Source of the DNA: an uncultured Enterobacteriaceae bacterium | Lineage (GTDB): Bacteria > Myxococcota_A > UBA796 > SXON01 | Direction: 5' to 3' | Assembly: GCA_964457335.1 (NCBI GenBank) | Contig: CAYWGD010000017.1 | Coordinates: 11,069-75,068, forward strand | DNA length: 64,000 nt | Shown: one piece after another, positions 55,985-64,000 of the stretch | Position numbering within the stretch: position 1 is the first letter of the stretch | How the letters are laid out: each line of letters starts with the position of its first letter | Made by a program: the position numbers and the translations under genes | The notes under the pieces: model-generated | Told to the model about the DNA's origin: nothing | Databases searched by the model: none | The model's input: the letters and a program-made list of their open reading frames with translations, nothing else

Positions 55985-56085
55985 GGCAGGCCGTGCCGCG
56001 CTGGTGCCGGCCCCGGTCTTCAAAACCGGTCGGGGCGCCTCGAGAGGGGCCGCCCGGTGGGTTCGATTCCCATGGCCTGCCGCCA
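55985..56085 (+). tRNA. selC: tRNA-Sec (anticodon UCA)
   Basis: 8-bp acceptor stem GGCAGGCC/GGCCTGCC, discriminator G and an encoded CCA. Anticodon stem CCGGT/ACCGG with loop CT-TCA-AA. About 27-nt variable arm. 5-bp T stem GTGGG/CCCAT with loop TTCGATT. This is the 8/5 geometry typical of bacterial tRNA-Sec. Confidence 0.8.
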
Positions 56086-56174
56086 CTTCTCCCCGAATCC
56101 ACCGATCGACCATCGGTGACGATCTCCGTCGGCTCCAGCAAGTGGCCGGCGTCGGCGGTGACTACCGCACTGAC

Positions 56175-58883
56175 ATGTCGCACGGGCCCCGCCTACGCTA
56201 CTGGCCCGCGCTGGTGGCGCTGATCGCGGGCTTCCTGTTCTCGATCGTCGCCTTCTGGGCGATGTTGGGTTGGGAGCGCGCGACCGACCTCCGGCGGGTC
56301 GAGGGCCGCTTCGAGGAGCGGGCCGAGCACGTCATCCTCCAGGTCCAGCAGGAGGTGTCCGGGCACCTCGCGGCCGCCGAGGCGGTGGAGGCCCTGTACG
56401 AGGCGTCGGTCGACGTGACCCGCGCCGAGTTCCAGACGTTCACCCGCGGCGTGTTCCGGCAGAACCCGCACATCCGGCGGATCGCCTGGGCCCCGCGGGT
56501 GGACCCGGCGGATCGGGAGGCGTTCGAGCGCCGGGTGGAGCAGGAGGTCCCCGGCTTCGCCGTGCATCCGGGCGACCGCGCGCTCGGAGAGCTGCTCTTC
56601 CCCATCGAGTTCACGTCGCCCGCGGGCGACGGGGAGCTCGGGCTCGACATCGCCAGCGTCTCCGCCCTGCGGGAGGCGGCGACCCACGCCGCGGCCACCG
56701 GACGCGGGGCGACGGTCGGGCCGCTCCCCCTCGGCCCCCTCGGGGGCGGGGACGGCGTAGGGGTGGCCGTGCTGCTCCCGTTCTACCGGTCGGCGGCCCC
56801 CGGCGTCGCCCCGGTCCTGGAGGGCTTCGTGCTGGAGCTCCTCGACGTGGAGTCGCTCGTCGGCGGGGCGGTGCAGGACCTCGACGTGTGGCTGTCGGAT
56901 GCCGCCGGCCGCCCGGCGATGGCGTGGCGTGAGGGCGAGCCGGCGCGGCCCGGGGTCCCGCCCGCCGAGGGGCTGGTCCGACGCGCGGGCCTCCTGGTGG
57001 GGGACCAGGTCTGGACCCTCGCCGTGTCGACCCCGCACGTCGTGGCGGCGCCGGGGGCGTCTGCGTGGGGCGTGCTGGCGCTCGGGCTCGCCGCGTCCGT
57101 GGTCGGCGCGGCGTACCTCGGCCGCCTCCGGAGCTTCGCCGCGGAGCTCGCATCCGCCAACGTCGCGTTGGGCGCCGAGATGACACGGCGCGAGGAGGCC
57201 GAGCGGACACGCGAGCGCCTCTCGGGTGTCCTGGAGGCGACGAGCGACCTGGTCGCGATGGCCGAGCCGGGCGACCACCTGCTCTACCTCAACCGCGCCG
57301 GGCGCACGTTGCTCGGGATCGGCGAGCGGGAGGAGGTCGGCCGCACGCTCTTGACCGACCTCTTCGGCCCGCGGACGCGGCCCGGCGTCGCGGCGTTCCT
57401 CCGCTCGTCGGAGAGCCTGTGGAAGGGCGAGGTGGAGCTTCGCCGCAGGGACGGAGAGGAGATCCCGGCGCTCGGGATCCTCCAGGTCCACCGAGGGAGG
57501 GGCGACGTGGTGGAGTACCGCTCCGCCATCGCGCACGACATCCGCGATCGGAAGCAGGCCGAACGCGAGCTCGAGCGACACGCCTACTACGACGAGCTCA
57601 CCGGGCTCCCGAACCGGCGCCTCCTGGAGCGCCGCCTCGGCGAGGCGATCGAGAAGACCGGGCCCCGGCAGCGAACGGCCGTCCTCCTCGTGAACCCCGA
57701 CCGCTTCCGGTTCGTCAGCCTCACGCTCGGCCCCGCCTACCGCGACCTGGCCCTGCACGCGCTGGCGCGTCGCCTGGAGGCGATCACGCGCCCCGGGGAG
57801 ACGGTCGCGCACTACGTCGGGGAGACCTTCGCATTGATCCTCCCGTCGGTCGAGGCCGCGGGGGTACACCGCGTCCGCGACGCCCTGTTCGAGGCCGTCG
57901 CCCAGCCGCTCGACGTGGAGGGCGCGGAGATCCGGCTCGGCATCAGCATCGGCGGCTGCTACTACCCCGAGGACGGCGCCGACGTCCCCTCGCTCCTGCG
58001 CCACGCCGACGCGGCCCTGCACGAGGCCACCGAGCTGGGCGGCGGGGTGTGCCGCTTCTTCACCGCCGAGCTCCACCGGCGCCTCGAGGACCGGGTGACG
58101 ATGGAGGCGGAGCTCCGGCAGGCGATCGAGCGGGACGAGCTCACCCTCTACTACCAGCCCCAGCTCGATCTCGAGACCGGGCGCGTCGCCGGGGTGGAAG
58201 CGCTCCTGCGGTGGCGCCATCCCCGCCTGGGGCTCCTGGGTCCCAAGGACCTGGTCAAGGTCGCCGAGGCGAGCCGCCTCATCCTCCCGATCGGCGAGTG
58301 GGCCATGGCCAGCGCGTGCAGGCAGGCCCACGCCTGGCGGGAGGCCGGGATGCCGGCGCTCGCCCTCGGCGTGAACGTCTCCTCCCACCAACTGGGCCAG
58401 GCCGACCTGGAGGCGCGCATCCGCCGCGGGATCCGGGAAGGCGGCCTCGCGGCCGGGGAGCTCGAGATCGAGCTGACGGAGTCCGCGTTGATGGCCGACC
58501 CGGTCGAGGTGCGCGAGCTCCTCGGCCGGCTGCGCGACAGCGGCTGCCGCATCGCCATCGACGACTTCGGGACCGGCTACTCCTGCCTGGACTACCTCAG
58601 GCAGCTGCCGGTGGACCGGCTGAAGATCGACCAGTCGTTCGTCCGCGACGTGACCACCGACCCGCGATCGGCGGGCATCGTGCGCACCATCCTCGCCCTC
58701 GCGCGCCACATCGGCCTCGACACGATCGCCGAGGGGGTGTCCGACGCCGCGCAGGCGCGGTTCCTCCGCGACGAGGGCTGTCACCAGATCCAAGGGTACC
58801 TGGTCAGCCGCCCGGTGCCGGCCGACGAGATCCCGGGCCTGGAGCGCGCGCTCCGCGCGCAACCGCTCCTCACCCCCGCCTGA
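56175..58883 (+). CDS. CHASE-TM-PAS-GGDEF(degenerate)-EAL signalling protein
   Basis: M58 of ORF 56004..58883. A CHASE-like periplasmic domain lies between two TM helices. The GGDEF site reads VGETF. EAL-domain motifs are ELTLYYQPQ, DDFGTGYS, KIDQSF and EGVS. Confidence 0.9.
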   Translation: MSHGPRLRYWPALVALIAGFLFSIVAFWAMLGWERATDLRRVEGRFEERAEHVILQVQQEVSGHLAAAEAVEALYEASVDVTRAEFQTFTRGVFRQNPHIRRIAWAPRVDPADREAFERRVEQEVPGFAVHPGDRALGELLFPIEFTSPAGDGELGLDIASVSALREAATHAAATGRGATVGPLPLGPLGGGDGVGVAVLLPFYRSAAPGVAPVLEGFVLELLDVESLVGGAVQDLDVWLSDAAGRPAMAWREGEPARPGVPPAEGLVRRAGLLVGDQVWTLAVSTPHVVAAPGASAWGVLALGLAASVVGAAYLGRLRSFAAELASANVALGAEMTRREEAERTRERLSGVLEATSDLVAMAEPGDHLLYLNRAGRTLLGIGEREEVGRTLLTDLFGPRTRPGVAAFLRSSESLWKGEVELRRRDGEEIPALGILQVHRGRGDVVEYRSAIAHDIRDRKQAERELERHAYYDELTGLPNRRLLERRLGEAIEKTGPRQRTAVLLVNPDRFRFVSLTLGPAYRDLALHALARRLEAITRPGETVAHYVGETFALILPSVEAAGVHRVRDALFEAVAQPLDVEGAEIRLGISIGGCYYPEDGADVPSLLRHADAALHEATELGGGVCRFFTAELHRRLEDRVTMEAELRQAIERDELTLYYQPQLDLETGRVAGVEALLRWRHPRLGLLGPKDLVKVAEASRLILPIGEWAMASACRQAHAWREAGMPALALGVNVSSHQLGQADLEARIRRGIREGGLAAGELEIELTESALMADPVEVRELLGRLRDSGCRIAIDDFGTGYSCLDYLRQLPVDRLKIDQSFVRDVTTDPRSAGIVRTILALARHIGLDTIAEGVSDAAQARFLRDEGCHQIQGYLVSRPVPADEIPGLERALRAQPLLTPA

Positions 58884-58963
58884 CCGCGCGGCGCCGACCG
58901 GGTCGGTGCCGCGCGAGAGCGTGAGCGAGCGCCCCCGTAGGAGGCGCCCGCTCCGCGGGTGGC

Positions 58964-59293
58964 CTACTCGACCTCCTCCTTCTGTCGGCTCGACGGTGCA
59001 CCCGTGCGCTGCTGCTGCGCCGCCGCGGCACGCGCCCGCCCGCTCGCCTGTCCACCCTTGCGGCCGGCCTCGCGGGCCTCCTCGGGCGTGAACTCGTGGG
59101 CCGTGCCCTTGGCATGCGCCGCCTTGCCGCCCTTTCGGCCGGCCTCGCGTGCCTCCTCGGGCGTGAACTCGTGCGCCGTGCCCTTCTCGTGGGAGGCCTT
59201 GCCCCCCTTGCTGGCGATCTCCTTCTGCTTCGCCGGATCCATGCCCGCGAAGCCCCGACCGCCGCGGCTCCCCCCTTCCTTCTCTTGTGGCAT
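58964..59293 (-). CDS. KGG-repeat general stress protein (YciG/GsiB-like)
   Basis: Repeats of KGG-x-A-x-H-x-KGTAHEFTPEEAREAGRKGG. Confidence 0.8.
   Translation of the reverse strand: MPQEKEGGSRGGRGFAGMDPAKQKEIASKGGKASHEKGTAHEFTPEEAREAGRKGGKAAHAKGTAHEFTPEEAREAGRKGGQASGRARAAAAQQQRTGAPSSRQKEEVE
59061..59210 (-). repeat. Two tandem 75-bp (25-codon) repeats inside the KGG gene
   Basis: cggccggcctcgcg(g/t)gcctcctcgggcgtgaactcgtg(g/c)gccgtgccctt occurs at about 59061 and about 59136. Confidence 0.7.
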
Positions 59294-59320
59294 GACACGT
59301 TCTCCTCTGTGTCGTGTTTG

Positions 59321-59340
59321 CCCGATCCCCCCGGATCGGG
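59321..59340 (-). terminator. GC hairpin between pckG and the KGG gene (possible terminator or attenuator; no U-tract)
   Basis: CCCGATCC-CCCC-GGATCGGG: a perfect 8-bp stem, about 60 nt after the pckG stop. Confidence 0.35.
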
Positions 59341-59397
59341 AACCCTACCGGGGACGAACGTAGCGACACGGCTGAGGCGGTCTACGCCGATGCCAGC

Positions 59398-61164
59398 TCA
59401 CACAGGGGAACGTGACAGAGCGCGACGCATCGCTCTGAGCTCCTCCCAGAGGGCCTCGGGCACGCGCGACCCGTAGCCGCGCAGGTAGTCGGCCTGCTCG
59501 TCGAACGCGTCGCGCCACGCCTCGGCGTCGACCGTCAGGAGGTGTCGCAGGGTGTCAGGCGCGATGCGGGAATCCGAGAGGTCGATCGCCCCGTCCGTGG
59601 GGACGCGGCCGATCGCGGTCTCGCGGGCCGCCCCTCCGCCCCGGCAGCGGTCGGCGATCCACGCGAGCACGCGCAGGTTGTCCCCGAAGCCCGGCCACAG
59701 GAACGTGCCATCGCCGCCGGTGCGGAACCAATTCACGGAGTAGATGCGCGGCGCGTGCGAGAGGCGCGCGCCGACCCGCAGCCAGTGGGCCCAGTAGTCG
59801 CCGAGGTGGTACCCGCAGAAGGGGAGCATCGCCATGGGGTCGTGGCGCAGCACGCCGACCTTCCCGGTGGCCGCCGCGGTCGTCTCCGAGGCGAGCATCG
59901 CGCCCATGAGCGTCCCGTGGGCCCAGTCGCGCGCCTCGTACACGAGCGGCACGGTGTCGGCGCGGCGCGCGCCGAAGAGGATCGCGTCGATCGGCACGCC
60001 GCGCGGGCTCTCCCAGGCCGGCGAGATCGACGGGCACTGGCTCGCGGGGGCGGTGAAGCGGCTGTTGGGGTGCGCGGCGGGGGCGCCGCTCCCCGGCGTC
60101 CACGGCCGGCCCTGCCAGTCGAGCGTCCCCTCCATGGGCGGATCGTCGTGCCCTTCCCACCAGGGCATCCCGTCCGGGCGGAGCGCCACGTTGGTGTAGA
60201 GCGTGTTCCGCTGCATCGTCGCGAGCGCGTTCGGGTTGGTTCGGCTGCTGGTCCCGGGCACCACGCCGAAGAAGCCGTGCTCGGGGTTGATCGCCCAGAG
60301 GCGGCCGTCGGGGCCCGGGCGGAGCCAGGCGATGTCGTCGCCGATGGTCCAGACGCGCCAGCCGGCCCGCGACATCTCGGGGGGCGGCACCAACATCGCC
60401 AGGTTGGTCTTGCCACACGCGCTCGGGAACGCGCCGGCCACCCAGGTGGTGTGTCCGCTCGGGTCCTGGATCCCCACGATGAGCATGTGCTCGGCGAGCC
60501 AGCCCTCGTGCCGCCCGATCCAGCTCCCGAGGCGGAGCGCGAGGCACTTCTTGCCCAGCAACGCGTTCCCGCCGTAGCCGGAGTTCACGCTCCAGATCTC
60601 GTTGGACTCGGGGAAGTGGCAGATGTAGCGGCGGTCCGGATCCAGGGTGCCGACGGAGTGGAGGCAGCGCGTGAACGCGCCGTCCGGCCCGAGCGCCTCG
60701 AGCGCGATCGCCCCCATGCGCGTCATGATCCGCATGGAGAGCGCGACGTACGCGCTGTCCGTGAGCTCGATCCCCACCTTGGCCAGCGGCGAGCCGGGCA
60801 TCCCCATGAGGAAGGGGACGACGTACATCGTCCGGCCGCGCATGATGCCCGCGCACAGCTCCGTCAGCGTGGCCCGCGCCTCGTCGGGGGCGATCCAGTT
60901 GTTGTTCGGGCCCGCGTCTTCGCGGTCCCGGGTGCACACGAAGGTGGACTTCTCGGTGCGCGCCACGTCGGAGGGGTCGCTCCGGTGCAGGTAGCAGCCG
61001 GGCAGCCGCTCCTGGTCCAGCGGGAGGAGCGCCCCCGACCGGACCGCGCGGCGCGTGAGCCGCTCCCGCTCCCCCTCCGAGCCGTCGCACCAGACCACCT
61101 CGTCCGGCTGGCACAGCTCCACCATCCGCGAGACCCACTCCCTGACGCTCTGCGCGACCTCCAT
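59398..61164 (-). CDS. pckG: Phosphoenolpyruvate carboxykinase (GTP)
   Basis: 588 aa. FPSACGKTN, WIGDDIAW and NPNSRFT motifs typical of GTP-dependent PEPCK. Confidence 0.95.
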   Translation of the reverse strand: MEVAQSVREWVSRMVELCQPDEVVWCDGSEGERERLTRRAVRSGALLPLDQERLPGCYLHRSDPSDVARTEKSTFVCTRDREDAGPNNNWIAPDEARATLTELCAGIMRGRTMYVVPFLMGMPGSPLAKVGIELTDSAYVALSMRIMTRMGAIALEALGPDGAFTRCLHSVGTLDPDRRYICHFPESNEIWSVNSGYGGNALLGKKCLALRLGSWIGRHEGWLAEHMLIVGIQDPSGHTTWVAGAFPSACGKTNLAMLVPPPEMSRAGWRVWTIGDDIAWLRPGPDGRLWAINPEHGFFGVVPGTSSRTNPNALATMQRNTLYTNVALRPDGMPWWEGHDDPPMEGTLDWQGRPWTPGSGAPAAHPNSRFTAPASQCPSISPAWESPRGVPIDAILFGARRADTVPLVYEARDWAHGTLMGAMLASETTAAATGKVGVLRHDPMAMLPFCGYHLGDYWAHWLRVGARLSHAPRIYSVNWFRTGGDGTFLWPGFGDNLRVLAWIADRCRGGGAARETAIGRVPTDGAIDLSDSRIAPDTLRHLLTVDAEAWRDAFDEQADYLRGYGSRVPEALWEELRAMRRALSRSPV

Positions 61165-61215
61165 GACCGCTCCTTCGATAGGCGGCGCAAGCTAGGACCC
61201 GTCCGGGGGGTGGTC

Positions 61216-61250
61216 AACGAAAATCGTCGTTCGACTTACGAAACTTTCGT
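61216..61250. promoter_or_regulatory. AT-richer palindromes upstream of pckG
   Basis: AACGAaaatcgTCGTT and ACGAAActTTCGT lie in the 85-nt gap between the YceI-like stop and the pckG start. Confidence 0.25.
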
Positions 61251-61951
61251 CATGAGCCGGAGGCGCCCTCCGCCTGCGGGGCGCCCCGCACGTCGACCGT
61301 GAACGTCATCTCGTCCCGGTTCCGCAGCGCCCCGAGGAGCGCGGAGTACGGCTCGAAGCCGAAGTCGGTGGCGCGCGCGGTGAACGTGCCGGCGGCCGAG
61401 AAGCCCTCCCGGTCGGCGGCGACCTCGAACACGGCGGACACGGGCCGCGTGGTCCCGTGGATCGTGAGGTCGCCGGTCACGCGCACGCCCGCGTCGGCGG
61501 CCTCGCAGCGCCGGGCGACGAAGGTGATCGTGGGGAAGCGCGCCGCGTCGAGCTGCCGCTCCCCGCGCATGTCCTCGCCGATCTGCGCGCGCTGGCGGTC
61601 GCCGAGTTTCCGGTCGTACCCGACGCGCCGTCGGAGCGCGTCCTCGTCGGGGCGCAGGCCGGACACCGGGACGACGATCCGGACGGCGCAGGCGGACGGG
61701 TCGGCGGGGTCCCAGGTGACCTCTCCGGACCAGCCCGTGGCGGCGACCACGTGGTCGTGGGACACGCTGGACCCGATCGTGCGGGGATCCTTCAGCACCT
61801 GGACGTAGAGCGCGCTCCGGTCGGGGTCGAGCGTGTAGGCGAGCGGGCCCGCCTCGGCGCTCGCCGTGTCCCCGCCCGCCGGACCCGCGCTCGCCGGCGC
61901 GACGACCGCCGGGAGCAACCACGACCACGACCACGCGACGATCCGTCCCAT
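61250..61951 (-). CDS. YceI-like periplasmic (polyisoprenoid-binding) protein
   Basis: Signal peptide. SVSHDHVVAATGWSGEV and LTIHGTTRPVSAVFEV motifs. Confidence 0.85.
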   Translation of the reverse strand: MGRIVAWSWSWLLPAVVAPASAGPAGGDTASAEAGPLAYTLDPDRSALYVQVLKDPRTIGSSVSHDHVVAATGWSGEVTWDPADPSACAVRIVVPVSGLRPDEDALRRRVGYDRKLGDRQRAQIGEDMRGERQLDAARFPTITFVARRCEAADAGVRVTGDLTIHGTTRPVSAVFEVAADREGFSAAGTFTARATDFGFEPYSALLGALRNRDEMTFTVDVRGAPQAEGASGS

Positions 61952-61973
61952 GGAGGGATCGTAGGCGCGCGGA

Positions 61974-63365
<1,392 letters not shown>

Positions 63366-63489
63366 GGGGCGGGAACGTAGCACACGCGCCCGCGCCCCGC
63401 GTCGGCCGATCCTCGTCGGGACGGATGCGGGCAGGCTGAAGACGGGGATAGGCTTGCGCGTCCCAACGCTCGCCCCCCTGGAGGCCCCG

Positions 63490-64000
63490 TTGTCCACCCC
63501 GCGCGCGCTCTGGCTCCGAATCGCCCTCCTCGCCGCCCTCGTCGTCGGCACGGCCGACGCGGCCGGGAAGCAGGCCCCCAACTTCACCCTGCGGGACCTG
63601 GCGAACGCCTCCCACAGCCTCGCGGACTACAAGGGCAAGGTCGTCCTGCTGAACTTCTGGGCCACGTGGTGCGGCCCCTGCCAGGTCGAGATGCCGCACC
63701 TCGAGGCGATGGCGAAGGAGCTCGGGCCGAAGGGGCTCGTGGTCCTCGGCATCTCCGCGGACGCCGCGCGTGACGCCTCGAAGGTCAAGCCGCTCGTGGT
63801 CAGCAAGGGCCTGACCTACACGGTGCTGCTCGATCCGCAGACCACGGTGGTCGCGCAGTTCAACCCCACCAAGACGCTCCCGTACAACGTCCTGGTGGAC
63901 CGCGACGGCAACATCGACCAGGTCTTCAGCGGCTACAACCCCGGCGACGAGGTGAAGCTGAAGGCCGCGATCGAGAAGCTCCTCGCCACGCCCACGCCGT
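63490..64000 (+). CDS. TlpA/ResA-like periplasmic thiol:disulfide oxidoreductase (3' end outside the window)
   Basis: Not in the ORF track because it has no stop in the window. The frame reads LSTPRALWLRIALLAALVVGTADA...FTLRDL...VVLLNFWATWCGPCQVEMP.... The start (TTG near 63490) is uncertain. Confidence 0.8.
   Translation, partial: MSTPRALWLRIALLAALVVGTADAAGKQAPNFTLRDLANASHSLADYKGKVVLLNFWATWCGPCQVEMPHLEAMAKELGPKGLVVLGISADAARDASKVKPLVVSKGLTYTVLLDPQTTVVAQFNPTKTLPYNVLVDRDGNIDQVFSGYNPGDEVKLKAAIEKLLATPTP

Noticed and set aside
55985-59293. The tRNA-Sec gene as an integration site for a genomic island.
   Set aside because: There is no integrase, no duplicated tRNA 3' end and no compositional shift downstream. 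The flanking genes look like ordinary chromosomal signalling and stress genes.
63438-63455. A sigma-54-like element (cGGggataggcTTGCg) upstream of the TlpA-like gene.
   Set aside because: Only GG and TTGC match, and the -24 hexamer is poor. That is too weak to call in GC-rich sequence.

Overview
This is a very GC-rich bacterial chromosomal segment, roughly 70% GC by eye (not computed). It is most likely Myxococcota. The evidence is a MYXO-CTERM-type sorting tail, many Cys-rich lipoproteins, a Ser/Thr kinase, sigma-54 enhancer-binding proteins, and pervasive 1-4 nt start/stop overlaps.

I support about 55 protein genes plus one tRNA-Sec. The core content is:
- gmk and rel
- a Pho regulon block (phoB-like, pstSCAB, phoU)
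- purEK, pyk, pckG and meaB
- several histidine kinases, two NtrC-family regulators, and a CHASE-GGDEF-EAL protein

Many of the longest listed ORFs are Arg/Pro/Gly/Ala-rich antisense artefacts of the high GC content and were not called. Several real genes start at internal codons of the listed ORFs.

The clearest accessory region is 40.3-45.4 kb.
- A 2.9-kb islet (42427-45390) is bounded by a 42-bp direct repeat that duplicates the 3' end of pyk.
- The islet carries a membrane-tethered Zn-ribbon/coiled-coil/TerB protein, a nucleoside-2-deoxyribosyltransferase/TIR-like protein fused to a winged helix, and two small ORFs. I see no integrase.
- GGTATCAG-type repeats sit at both islet ends.
- An HsdR_N-type PD-(D/E)xK nuclease gene lies just outside the islet.
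- I regard this as the best candidate for an undescribed defence or stress system.

Other notable items:
- a BPI/LBP-like (TULIP) lipid-binding protein with a MYXO-CTERM tail, next to a TonB-type barrel, a mannose-6-P isomerase and a GT2-acyltransferase fusion
- a seven-gene, fully overlapping kinase/orphan-binding-protein/lipoprotein/OMP operon
- a dispersed G/C-run repeat family
- a Cys-to-Ala pseudo-caspase
- a sigma-54 promoter
- Pho boxes

Coordinates of non-ORF features were counted by hand and may be off by 1-2 nt.
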